From a virus (lineage: Duplodnaviria; Caudoviricetes), in IMG/VR virus record IMGVR_UViG_3300011624_000001, positions 1 to 64,000 of that record: a DNA stretch of 64,000 nucleotides; one strand, 5' to 3'. Both the position numbers and the translations under genes were made by a program. Positions 36,484-45,584 of this stretch are shown piece by piece (the stretch's first letter is position 1; every line of letters begins with the position of its first letter). The notes beneath the pieces are model-generated. The model was not told the DNA's origin. It worked only from the letters and a program-made list of their open reading frames with translations, and did not search any database.

Positions 36484-37017
36484 TTATGCCGCCTTGCGTT
36501 TGCTGCGCGGCAGGGCCGCATAGGCGATCAGCGCGTCCGTCAGCGCCTCCCGCACCGCGCCGCGCTCGGCGCTGCCGCCTGTAATCTTGTCGAGCGCTTC
36601 GGCCGCTTCCTTCGGGAGCCAGGAGGTCAGGCGGCGCTCGCCGCGCTCACGCTTCGAGGCGTCCGAATCGCCCCGCTTTTCCTTGTCGTATGCCTTGCGG
36701 CCCTCGGGGTCTTTCGGCACCTTTGGCGCGGCCGCAGCGCCCGGCGACGGCTTGCGGCGCGGCAGCGGCGCGTAGTCGGTGGCGTCGAGCGAGCTGGCGG
36801 CGAATGCTTGTTCAGGCGCGGACAGGGCAATCTCGCATTGCTTGCGGTTGCCGGTGATCGTCCAGTACGTCACCAGATGACGCACGCTGATGCCAATGCC
36901 GAAGTTCGCCAGGGCGGCCACGGCGGTGCGCTGCGATGACGCGGCGACTATGACGGCGCGCTGCTTGCCGTCGATCATGCTCGAACCGCTGTAGACCTTC
37001 AATTCTGCTTTTCTCAT
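36484..37017 (-). CDS. Hypothetical protein with possible C-terminal RHH-like DNA-binding region
   Basis: RLTSWLPKEAAEALDKI...VREAL..Y. Confidence 0.65.
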   Translation of the reverse strand: MRKAELKVYSGSSMIDGKQRAVIVAASSQRTAVAALANFGIGISVRHLVTYWTITGNRKQCEIALSAPEQAFAASSLDATDYAPLPRRKPSPGAAAAPKVPKDPEGRKAYDKEKRGDSDASKRERGERRLTSWLPKEAAEALDKITGGSAERGAVREALTDALIAYAALPRSKRKAA

Positions 37018-37039
37018 GCTGCTGTTCCTGAATCTGTAA

Positions 37040-37414
37040 TTACGTTCTCATTGCATCAAGGATCGCCGGGCCGGGGATGGCCGTCAGCTTGTCCTCACTG
37101 TACTCTGCCGCTTCCCATACGACGTTCACAATCGCCCGCCCGTCCTTCGCGTGCCCGGCGATGTACCCGAGATAGCCCTCGGGCGTATAAACCTGCTGGA
37201 AGCGCTCAAACTGGGCCTCCAGGGGCGTTTCCTCGGTGGGCTGGTCTGCCGGTGCAAACTGTGTGCCGAATTTTGCCAGCAGCGCGGCACGCTGGCGCTC
37301 GCGGGTTTCCACCATGACGCGCCCGAGTAGCGCCAGCATTTCCTCGGGCGAGCTGTCCGGGCTGTAGGTTGCCTCGTCCAATATCGCTTTGATGCGGTCG
37401 AATTCGTTGCTCAC
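37040..37414 (-). CDS. Hypothetical protein
   Basis: GTGA overlap. Confidence 0.65.
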   Translation of the reverse strand: MSNEFDRIKAILDEATYSPDSSPEEMLALLGRVMVETRERQRAALLAKFGTQFAPADQPTEETPLEAQFERFQQVYTPEGYLGYIAGHAKDGRAIVNVVWEAAEYSEDKLTAIPGPAILDAMRT

Positions 37415-37674
37415 TTCGGCCCTTTCGCCCACTCGCTGAAATCATCGACAATGCGCCGCGCCTCCGCGAGCTGGGCCGCCTCCGCATCGTTCTCGGGCAC
37501 CATGCAGCCCATCAGCATCCCCTGCCCGCTCGCCAGCTTGTCAAAGCCCTCCAGTAAGCGCTTGCGGTTTTCGATGAAATGCGGCTGCAACGTCGGGTGA
37601 ACCGGAATCTTCCCGTCGGTCGCGCTACGGTACAGGTCAAGCAAGCTCTGCAAGCCTTGAACGTCAATTTTCAT
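37411..37674 (-). CDS. Hypothetical protein
   Basis: Operon context. Confidence 0.65.
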   Translation of the reverse strand: MKIDVQGLQSLLDLYRSATDGKIPVHPTLQPHFIENRKRLLEGFDKLASGQGMLMGCMVPENDAEAAQLAEARRIVDDFSEWAKGPK

Positions 37675-37683
37675 GGGGCACTT

Positions 37684-37983
37684 TCAGGAGTAATCATCAG
37701 GCCACATGCCGCCCGCTACCGGGTCATCTTCGCCCGGCAAGTGGGACAGACTCACTTGCGGCTCGGCGAGCGCATGGCTCGGCTGTGCGGTCGGGTAGGT
37801 CGCCAGCGCGGCCACGTCGTCCTCGAAGCAGTCGAGGAATTGCTTCATGGGCTGGCCTTCAAGTACGCCGCTGGTATAGGTGCCCCAGCCATAGACGCAA
37901 ATCGGCTTGCCGCAGGGCTCCATATCGCGCTTGTACTGGTAGGTGTAGCGGTCGTAGTCGTCCGCTCGGGTATTGGTGCTCAT
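37684..37983 (-). CDS. Hypothetical acidic protein
   Basis: GGAG RBS before MSTNT. Confidence 0.65.
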   Translation of the reverse strand: MSTNTRADDYDRYTYQYKRDMEPCGKPICVYGWGTYTSGVLEGQPMKQFLDCFEDDVAALATYPTAQPSHALAEPQVSLSHLPGEDDPVAGGMWPDDYS

Positions 37984-38002
37984 GTGTTGCTCCATGGTGA
38001 GA

Positions 38003-38563
38003 TTAGAAGCCGTATTTCTCGGCACAGATAGGGCCGATTCCGCGCTCGATGGATTCCGGGTCGGTCAGCTCGCGGCCGCAGCACGCGCACTGGCCGGTTT
38101 GTTGGCCGTAGGCGACGGCGGCCGCCAGTGGGTCGGCGCACAGGGCGACGATTTCGGCCTGCTTGGCGGCGTCGCAGTCGCGGGACGGGGTGAAAGTGCC
38201 GTCAGCGATCTTGCCCATGTACTCATCGGCGGCGGTGACGTAGATCGCGCCTTTGTTGCGGCCGGTGGCCGGGGCCAGCTTGAGCACGAAGCCGGACAGG
38301 CGCATCTTCGGGCGCTTCAACCCGCTCTCGATGGCACTGGCGAACGCCTCCTGCATCTTCGCGACGCTGGCGACCTCTACAGCGGTGCCGGTGGCGGCGG
38401 CGGCCGACTGGCGGGACAGGATGCCGGTGACGGCCGCAACCTGCTTTTCGGACAGGGTGCCGGTGCGCAGCAGTTGCTTATCGAGCGAAAAAGCGAAGTC
38501 GTTGGTGCTCGCGTGGGCGATGATCCACTTGATTTCCGGCGCGTTCGATTTGATTTGCAGCAT
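38003..38563 (-). CDS. DUF6011-like protein
   Basis: C-terminal CACCGRELTDPESIERGIGPIC. Confidence 0.8.
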   Translation of the reverse strand: MLQIKSNAPEIKWIIAHASTNDFAFSLDKQLLRTGTLSEKQVAAVTGILSRQSAAAATGTAVEVASVAKMQEAFASAIESGLKRPKMRLSGFVLKLAPATGRNKGAIYVTAADEYMGKIADGTFTPSRDCDAAKQAEIVALCADPLAAAVAYGQQTGQCACCGRELTDPESIERGIGPICAEKYGF

Positions 38564-38588
38564 AGCGGCCCCCGTAGTTAATGAGCAG

Positions 38589-38617
38589 ATTGTATGCGCT
38601 CATAAATAGCGCGTCAA
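38589..38617 (-). promoter_or_regulatory. Early-type promoter/operator, copy 5
   Basis: TTGACG-cgctat-TTATGAGCGCA-TACAAT (17-nt spacer). Confidence 0.82.
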
Positions 38618-38632
38618 GCGATAATGCCGGGG

Positions 38633-38675
38633 CAGGAAAACCGGCACCGCCCTGCCCTGCTGCGCGCCTGACAAT
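38633..38675 (+). promoter_or_regulatory. Late-type promoter motif, copy 7
   Basis: CAGGAAAA-N29-GACAAT(G). Confidence 0.75.
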
Positions 38676-38680
38676 GACGC

Positions 38681-41320
38681 ATGGACAAATTCGCCAACAT
38701 CGACAGGGCCGCGCACGCGGGCGCAAACGGCCACAACCACATGCGCCCGGCGACGCCGGGGCAGCACGCCGCAGGGAACTACCTCAAGGGGCGGGAAGTC
38801 CTGCACGGCATGCGCATCGCCATCGAGAACCCGCGCGGCACCGTGCGCGAGTGGCGCGCGGCCGACGGCACCAGCGGCAGCAACCTGATGAAGTTCCACT
38901 ACGGCTACATCGCGGGCACGCTGGGCAACGACGGCGACGAGCTGGACGTGTTCATCGGCCCGATCCCCGAGGCTGGCCGCGCCTATGTGGTGAACCAGAG
39001 CCACGCCGACGGCAGCGGCTTCGATGAACACAAGATCATGCTCGGCTTTCCCGACCAGCGCACCGCTGTGGCCGGGTACATGAGCAACTACAGCGCAGGC
39101 TGGCCGGGCTTCGGTAGCTGCATCGGCTGCTCAATCGACCAGCTCAAGTGGTGGATCGCCAACGGCAACAAGACCCGCCCCCTCACGCAAGACCAACTCC
39201 CCTACGAAGGAACGGATGACACGATGGAAAAAGTAATTTGGGACAGCGCCGCACCGCACATGCCGCTGCGCTCGACGCTGGACGCGGTGCTGTACGGCAT
39301 CCGCATGCACGACGCCGCCGATGGCCTGCTGTATGACGCGGTGAGCATGGCCGACGTGCTCGGCGACGCCGAGGGCGTGCTGACGCTGGACGCCCTGGTG
39401 ATCCCGTTCGCACGGATCGAGCAGCGCATGGCGGTCATGCGCAAGGTCATGGACCGCACCGGCCGCGCCGTCAAGATCGCAGCCATGCAAGTGTCGGACC
39501 CATTCACCCAGCGCGGCACCACGAACGTGGCCGTGATCTACGAGCTGAGAGACGGCCAAACCGTGTCCGTGTTCTTCCATAACCCAGACGTGACCCCGAA
39601 GAAGATCGTTCCCGGCGACGATCTGGTGTCGTGGAAGTGGATGCTCAACAAGAAGGACATCACGGTAGCCGTCGCCCCGGAAAAGGGCCGCGATCTGGAG
39701 CCGCGCATTGTCGCCGCGCGCATCATGGCGCTGGCCGAGAAGAACAGCGACCGCTTCACGAAGGCGAACGGCAAGCGCGCCGAGCGCATGCAGGCCATTG
39801 CAGGCCTGCAATCGGAGCTGGATGAGAAAAAAGCGACTTTGGCCAAGCTGGAGCAGCAAGTCGAAGCTCTCCAGGCGGCGCGTGACGCCGAAGGCCTGGG
39901 CGACGCCGATCCGGTCAACCCGGAGCCGCAACCAGAGCCGCAGCCAGAGCCAGCACCCGCCCTGGACGTGGACAGCCTCAAGGGCGTAGTGGCCTACACC
40001 GACCCGATGGTGGGCGTGCCTCATGGCGACAACTGGGTGCTGATGAACGCCCCGCGCCCGCTGCTGGGCACCGAAACCATGAGCAACGGCGAATTCCTGG
40101 CGGGCCGCTACTACGCCGCCATTGACCCGTCGGACGGCATGGCCGCCGCCTACATCGCCGAGAACGTCAAGCTCAATGCGAGCGTGGTATTCATCGCCGA
40201 CGAAGCGACGCAGGAAATCATGGCGCTCAACACGGTCAAGCCGGACTACCTGCCCGCGTACATGGAGATGGACGAAGGCGAGCGCCGCAGCGCCCTGCGC
40301 GGCTTCATCGAGAAGCTGCACGGCCGCAAGATTGGCGACCTCAAGGCGCTGGCCGCCAAGGGGATGCCGGTGGCCGACTTCTGGAAGCGTGACGTGGAAG
40401 CATTCGGCTTCAACCGTTCGGGGTTCTTCGGTCGTGCGCTGGGCATCATGGGCGGCGATCTGCTGAACAAGCAACCGGCAGGCACTTGGACTATCGCCAA
40501 GCTGGAAAGCGGCCGGTTCGTTGCAATGTTCGGGACTGGCGAAGGTTGGAGCTACGCCGCCGAGTCCGACACCATCGAGCAAGCGCACGCCGCCATGCTG
40601 GAAAATGCGCAGTACATCGCCGCGACCGCCCCAGCCCCGGAGCCCGAGCCTGCGGAGCTGACCGCCGAAGAAAAGCAGGCACTTTCGGAGAAGCGCGACA
40701 CGATCATCGACCTCCTGGCCGACAACCCGGATCGCAGCGGCGCGGACCAGATGCGCGCTGAGCTGGAGCGCATCAACGGCATCCTGGGGCCGGTGCCTGA
40801 AAAGGCCAAGCGCGAAGCCGTCAAACGTCTGACGGCCGCCGAGGGCGACCCGGCCTACATGCAGGCAATCTATGACCTGCTGTACAAGTGGGAGTCGTCC
40901 GGGGCCGATCAGCGCCTCGACTCCAAGTTCGTCGGCCAGATGAAGCGTGACATTCGCGCGCTGGCGAAGAAGGTTCCGGCGTCGGACGAGAAGGCAGTCT
41001 TTTACATCGACAAGCTGGTGCTGGCCGTGTTCGGCGACTACGACCCGAAGGTGGCCGCCGTTGAGTTCGCACCGGCTGTCGTAATAGTGGACCCGGCCGC
41101 GAAGGAGGCCCAGGAGGCCGAGGAAGCCGCTGACGGCGATTTCCTGGCGCTGGCCGCTGGTGGTGACGTGGACTTCTACGATAAGGCCGTGACGGACCGC
41201 CTCGCAGCCCTGGCGCGCAAGTACACCGACCCGGAGGGCGCATACCTCGATCTGGTCATGCAGGCCAAGACCGCCGCGAAGAATTTCTTCGTCAACGAGT
41301 TCAAGAAAAAGGTGGCCTGA
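38681..41320 (+). CDS. darA: DarA-like internal head protein with N-terminal inorganic-pyrophosphatase-like domain
   Basis: IAIENPRG..R, YGYI.GT.G.DGDELDVFIG; DarA-N-like DGQTVSVFF..PD; helical DarA-C-like tail. Confidence 0.7.
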   Translation: MDKFANIDRAAHAGANGHNHMRPATPGQHAAGNYLKGREVLHGMRIAIENPRGTVREWRAADGTSGSNLMKFHYGYIAGTLGNDGDELDVFIGPIPEAGRAYVVNQSHADGSGFDEHKIMLGFPDQRTAVAGYMSNYSAGWPGFGSCIGCSIDQLKWWIANGNKTRPLTQDQLPYEGTDDTMEKVIWDSAAPHMPLRSTLDAVLYGIRMHDAADGLLYDAVSMADVLGDAEGVLTLDALVIPFARIEQRMAVMRKVMDRTGRAVKIAAMQVSDPFTQRGTTNVAVIYELRDGQTVSVFFHNPDVTPKKIVPGDDLVSWKWMLNKKDITVAVAPEKGRDLEPRIVAARIMALAEKNSDRFTKANGKRAERMQAIAGLQSELDEKKATLAKLEQQVEALQAARDAEGLGDADPVNPEPQPEPQPEPAPALDVDSLKGVVAYTDPMVGVPHGDNWVLMNAPRPLLGTETMSNGEFLAGRYYAAIDPSDGMAAAYIAENVKLNASVVFIADEATQEIMALNTVKPDYLPAYMEMDEGERRSALRGFIEKLHGRKIGDLKALAAKGMPVADFWKRDVEAFGFNRSGFFGRALGIMGGDLLNKQPAGTWTIAKLESGRFVAMFGTGEGWSYAAESDTIEQAHAAMLENAQYIAATAPAPEPEPAELTAEEKQALSEKRDTIIDLLADNPDRSGADQMRAELERINGILGPVPEKAKREAVKRLTAAEGDPAYMQAIYDLLYKWESSGADQRLDSKFVGQMKRDIRALAKKVPASDEKAVFYIDKLVLAVFGDYDPKVAAVEFAPAVVIVDPAAKEAQEAEEAADGDFLALAAGGDVDFYDKAVTDRLAALARKYTDPEGAYLDLVMQAKTAAKNFFVNEFKKKVA

Positions 41321-43221
41321 TGAAGCAAGGGCAAGATGAGTTCTTCGCCGTCGTCGGCGAAGGCGCTGCCTTGTTGAAGAATCTGGACGAGCAATCGTCT
41401 GGGTTTTTTGACGACCTGAACCGCCTGCGCGAAATCCTGGCGATTCTCGGCTACGAATCGGCTACAAAGCCGCTGGCGTTCTCCCTGTCGGATAAGAAGG
41501 GTTCGCTCGAAGCGCTCAGGAACTATTTCGATGCCGGGCTGGGTGCGCTGCCGGACGAGCTGGCAATCTATGAAATGATGACGATCAGCGACTTGGGCCA
41601 GCTCGTCGGCATCGACGGCACCATGCTGCCCGAGGCCATGTGGGATCGCCAGAACGCGATCAACCTGCGCCCGGCCGACGCCGACGCCAAGCTGGCCGTG
41701 TTTGGCAAGCTGGCGGCGCGCGGCATCAAGCACGGCATCGAGCAGGAGGTGCTGGAGCAGGCCGTCAAGGACGCCGCCGAGCTGCTGGCGAAGCGCATTG
41801 ATGACGACCCTGCCGTGGTGGCGGCGCGCGAGGAATACCGCATCGCCAATGAGAAATACAAGCAGTCCTGGCAGGCCATCGAAGCGCTCGGCACCATGAT
41901 CCGCGACCACATGCGCGACGGGCTCGACGTGACCGAACTGAAAGCGAAGCATGACGCGCTGGCGAATGAATCCGGGGCCGAGCAGACGGCCGCGTATGAG
42001 CGTTTCAAGGCTGCGGGCGAAAAGTTCAATGCAGATCGTGCCAACGCGCACCGGGCGCTGTTCGAGGCGAACGGCGCGGCCATTATCGCCAAGGTGGCCG
42101 ACGCATCACCGATCACCCAGGAGCAGGCCGACGCCTGGGCGGCCGAGCAAGTCATCGACGCCAACGCGCGCGCCAAGCTCAAGAAGCTGGGCTACAAGCC
42201 TGAGGACGTGGTGCGCGATATGGCCGAGTTCTACCGCCTGACGGGCGGCAAGGCTTCGGCTATCCGCATCGGCATCGACGGCGGCAAGCGCGCCAACGCT
42301 GTCGGGATCGGCGAGCGCCTGGGCGAGAAGGTCATCAACCTGGGATCGCGCTTCAACAAGACGGTGCTGTTCCATGAGCTTGCGCACCACCTGGAGAACG
42401 ATCCGATTGCAAAGGCGGCCTCGAACGGCTTCCTGCTCAAGCGTCGGGAGGGCGATGGCGCGTACAGCCTGCGCGACCTGACCGGCAACAGGGGGTACGA
42501 CGCGCGCGAAATCGCCTACAAGGATCATTTCATGGACCCTTACGTGGGCAAGATTTACCGCGACGGGATCACGGAGGTGTGGTCGATGGGCGTCCAGTAC
42601 CTCGCCAACCCGAAGGATGCGGCCATTTTCGCGGCGAAAGACCCGGAAATGTTCGCCCTGATTACGGGCTACCTGACGATGCAGACCACCCCGGCGATGC
42701 ACGCCAAGCTCAACATGCACAAGAGCGCCATCGGGGAAATGCAGGAGCAGCAGAAGACCCTGGAAGTCCAGTACGAGCGCGCCATGGCCTACCTAGCGGC
42801 GCGCGCTCCTGTCGCGAAAGACGACTGGTACGACTCGCTCGACAGCTATGACCCGGTGAAAGTCATGCTCACCTCCTATGTGCTGTGGAAGGCGAAAGGC
42901 GAAACGCAGTATGTCGGCGCGAATGGCAACTACCGCGTGTTCTCGGGCGTGTTCCGCAACAGCGCCACGAAGCGCAACGCCAAGGGATACGTGATCGTGG
43001 ACATTACGACGGGCGGCGACCAGGGCGATGGCCGCCGCGCATTTCCCGAACACGAAACGATCCATGGCGACATGGAGAAGGTTCAGGCCGTAATTGCCTT
43101 AGCCCAGCGCGACGGCACCGGCCTGTTCCAAGCGGTATGGAACTACTTCCGGGATACCTGGGGCGGCGACAGCCGCAAGAAAAACCTGATCGAAACGGTG
43201 GGATCGGAGAACCTGCAATGA
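41320..43221 (+). CDS. Zincin-type metallopeptidase-like internal head protein
   Basis: LFHELAHHLE (HExxH) plus downstream E..SMG; polyvalent-protein type. Confidence 0.7.
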   Translation: MKQGQDEFFAVVGEGAALLKNLDEQSSGFFDDLNRLREILAILGYESATKPLAFSLSDKKGSLEALRNYFDAGLGALPDELAIYEMMTISDLGQLVGIDGTMLPEAMWDRQNAINLRPADADAKLAVFGKLAARGIKHGIEQEVLEQAVKDAAELLAKRIDDDPAVVAAREEYRIANEKYKQSWQAIEALGTMIRDHMRDGLDVTELKAKHDALANESGAEQTAAYERFKAAGEKFNADRANAHRALFEANGAAIIAKVADASPITQEQADAWAAEQVIDANARAKLKKLGYKPEDVVRDMAEFYRLTGGKASAIRIGIDGGKRANAVGIGERLGEKVINLGSRFNKTVLFHELAHHLENDPIAKAASNGFLLKRREGDGAYSLRDLTGNRGYDAREIAYKDHFMDPYVGKIYRDGITEVWSMGVQYLANPKDAAIFAAKDPEMFALITGYLTMQTTPAMHAKLNMHKSAIGEMQEQQKTLEVQYERAMAYLAARAPVAKDDWYDSLDSYDPVKVMLTSYVLWKAKGETQYVGANGNYRVFSGVFRNSATKRNAKGYVIVDITTGGDQGDGRRAFPEHETIHGDMEKVQAVIALAQRDGTGLFQAVWNYFRDTWGGDSRKKNLIETVGSENLQ

Positions 43222-43859
43222 CCACGATGTATCAAGCCATCACGCCCTACGGGGCGTTTCAGGCCACCTGGGGCGATGACGAGGAAAGTCGTGTCGAATA
43301 CACCGGCAGCGCCGATGCAATCGCCTACTTCAAGGCGTTTCTCGACCTGAATTCCATTTCTGGCGCAGGCGGTGCGCTGCTCCAGTTCGACGCCCTGGAA
43401 CCGGCCGACCTATACGGATTTTGCCAGTCCGAACAACACGGCATTAGCGTCCTGCCGACCGAGGACGACTTGATGGACGAAGCGCGAGGCAAACAAATGG
43501 AAATGACCCTGATGGACGCGGTGAGCCCGGCCGTGGCATTCGAGCTGATCGGCGAAGGTGCGCAGATTCTCAACCGCCTGGACGAGAGCGCCGATACGTT
43601 CTTCCCTGACCTCGACCGCCTGCGCGTGATCGTGCAGGAGCTGGGCGACGATGCGGACGACCCGAGCGCCGAGGCGCGCGCCTACCTGCAAGCCGTGATC
43701 GACGGCCCAGGCCTGTCCGCGCCGATGCTGGCCGACGAGCTGGGGAAAATCCACGACGCGCACGGCGGCAGCGCGGATATGCTCGCTCTGTTCAAATCGG
43801 CCGTCACCGCGTATGCGCATCACGCCATCGCGCAGGCGAACGAAGCACTCAAAGGATAA
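43218..43859 (+). CDS. Dar-operon protein with DarA-C-like tail
   Basis: Start MTTMYQ at ATGA overlap; shares segments with neighbours. Confidence 0.7.
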   Translation: MTTMYQAITPYGAFQATWGDDEESRVEYTGSADAIAYFKAFLDLNSISGAGGALLQFDALEPADLYGFCQSEQHGISVLPTEDDLMDEARGKQMEMTLMDAVSPAVAFELIGEGAQILNRLDESADTFFPDLDRLRVIVQELGDDADDPSAEARAYLQAVIDGPGLSAPMLADELGKIHDAHGGSADMLALFKSAVTAYAHHAIAQANEALKG

Positions 43860-43862
43860 ACA

Positions 43863-45491
43863 ATGCCGGACCCAGTTCAACACGTCGAGCTTGACCCGAA
43901 TGCACAGCCGGGGCCGCAGCCGGTTTCGTGGCTCGGCTTCAAGCTCATCAATCAGGCCGCAGCGGACGAAATGGGCGCAACCGTCCTGCCGTCCGATAAG
44001 TCGCTTTCCGGTCGCGTATGGCTCGCCCTGACCGATTCTGATGGCGATGCGCTGTATGTGGCCGGTATCGTGGTGGGCGTGTCGTTCACGGCCGCCGCCG
44101 TGCGCTACTCGGTCGCGTTCCCGGTCGCGCCGCAGCCGCGCGAGGGCGAAACCATGTACGCCGTCGTGGACAACATCGAGTCGGGGCTGGTGCTGGACGC
44201 CCTGCCGGACGATGAAACCGTGTTCGATGCGGTGCTGACCAAGGACGCCGCCGAGCTGCTGCCGGTGGCCGCCGTGGTGCCGGTCCCGGCCCCAGTGCTC
44301 GATTCGGCTGGCCTGCTGGCGGTCGGCCGCCTGGAGGGCGAGCTGGCCGAGCGCGTCACCGCCCTGAAAAGCGCCCTGGCTACGGAGGCCGACTCGATCT
44401 ACACGCTGGGCGTGGTCCGCGAAGTGGTGAGCCTGACCCAGCAAGTGCGGGCCGGTGAGCCTGCGCCAGTGGTCGAGCTGGACCCGACGGAATGGCCGGG
44501 CTATGCCGAGGTGCTGCGCGACGAAGGCAAGGCAATCAAGTGGCAGGACCGGCTTGATTCGTTCTTCCAAGAGCGCCTTGTCGCCGTGCGCAACGCCCTG
44601 CGCGGCCTCGGCTGGACCGGCGAGCAGCGCGCCGCCCTGACCAAGAACGGCATCATCGCCCGCTTCGACTTCTGGCAGGTCGGCGCTGGCAAGAACGTCG
44701 TCGGCATGACCGTCAACGGCATCCGTGACGACCTGACCAAGAACGTGGACGAGCTGGCCGCCGCCATCGACGCCACCGCTGCCCTGCCCGAGCCCGCAGG
44801 CCCATCCGATCAATTCGGCACCTATCGCGCCTTCATCGAGAAGGAACTGGCCGAAGGCCGCACCATCCCGGCTGGCATGCTGGAAATCATCCGTATGGAT
44901 ACCCGCCTGAACGACGGTGAGGCCGAGCAGCTCGAAGCCCTGGCCGCAGCCCCGGCACCAACCCCGCAGGAGAAACGAAGCATGGAACAACTCATCAAGA
45001 TCGCCGCCGACAGCCTCGCCCAGTTGCGCCGGATCGACGTGTACCGCGTCCTCAATTCCGCAGGCGACCAGCGCGCCGAGCTGGCGACCTACATCGCCGC
45101 TGGCCGCGCCGATCTGGTGCGCGAAGTCACCGATGTGATGGCCGAGGAATGGCCGGACCTGGGCTGGACGATGTTCGCGACACCTGCCGTAGTCGAGCGC
45201 TCGGACGGCGGCGGCGAGCTGCTGGTGCCGAACAAGGATGGAGCGCCGAAAGAGTTGGACGTTCCACCCATCCCGCCCGAGGCAAAGTCGGAGCAAGAAC
45301 TGAATCCGGCCCGCGTGGGCGATATGGCGTTCCTGAACGGCGTCATTTCGCATGGTGTCGATATGTGGGATGACGGGCTGGCCGACAAGATCGAAGGCAT
45401 GGCCGCAACCTATGAAGGTGACGCTGAAATCATGGAGCTGGTGGGCCGCGCGATCAACTCTTACACCGACTTCATGTTGGCAGCCGCGTAA
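43863..45491 (+). CDS. Dar-operon multidomain protein with DarA-C-like tail
   Basis: 542 aa; C-terminal FL..V..G.VD.WD..L.D.I....Y.GD.E. Confidence 0.75.
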   Translation: MPDPVQHVELDPNAQPGPQPVSWLGFKLINQAAADEMGATVLPSDKSLSGRVWLALTDSDGDALYVAGIVVGVSFTAAAVRYSVAFPVAPQPREGETMYAVVDNIESGLVLDALPDDETVFDAVLTKDAAELLPVAAVVPVPAPVLDSAGLLAVGRLEGELAERVTALKSALATEADSIYTLGVVREVVSLTQQVRAGEPAPVVELDPTEWPGYAEVLRDEGKAIKWQDRLDSFFQERLVAVRNALRGLGWTGEQRAALTKNGIIARFDFWQVGAGKNVVGMTVNGIRDDLTKNVDELAAAIDATAALPEPAGPSDQFGTYRAFIEKELAEGRTIPAGMLEIIRMDTRLNDGEAEQLEALAAAPAPTPQEKRSMEQLIKIAADSLAQLRRIDVYRVLNSAGDQRAELATYIAAGRADLVREVTDVMAEEWPDLGWTMFATPAVVERSDGGGELLVPNKDGAPKELDVPPIPPEAKSEQELNPARVGDMAFLNGVISHGVDMWDDGLADKIEGMAATYEGDAEIMELVGRAINSYTDFMLAAA

Positions 45492-45500
45492 CAAATGGCT

Positions 45501-45543
45501 TAGGAAAAGCCCCGGTTTTCGGGGAGTGGACGGGCAGCAAACT
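45501..45543 (+). promoter_or_regulatory. Late-type promoter motif, copy 8
   Basis: TAGGAAAA-N29-CAAACT. Confidence 0.7.
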
Positions 45544-45565
45544 TTCGGGTGCGCTGCCCGTTTTT
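45530..45565 (+). terminator. Terminator-like hairpin overlapping darB promoter -10
   Basis: ACGGGCAGC-N14-GCTGCCCGT-TTTT. Confidence 0.55.
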
Positions 45566-45584
45566 CCATTCCTGAACCGGACCT

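Noticed and set aside
38446-38454. Extra TTTCGGACA half-site
   Set aside because: Single copy inside a coding region without the accompanying array; likely chance
39920-39965. EPQPEPQPEP repeat in DarA
   Set aside because: Ordinary low-complexity interdomain linker
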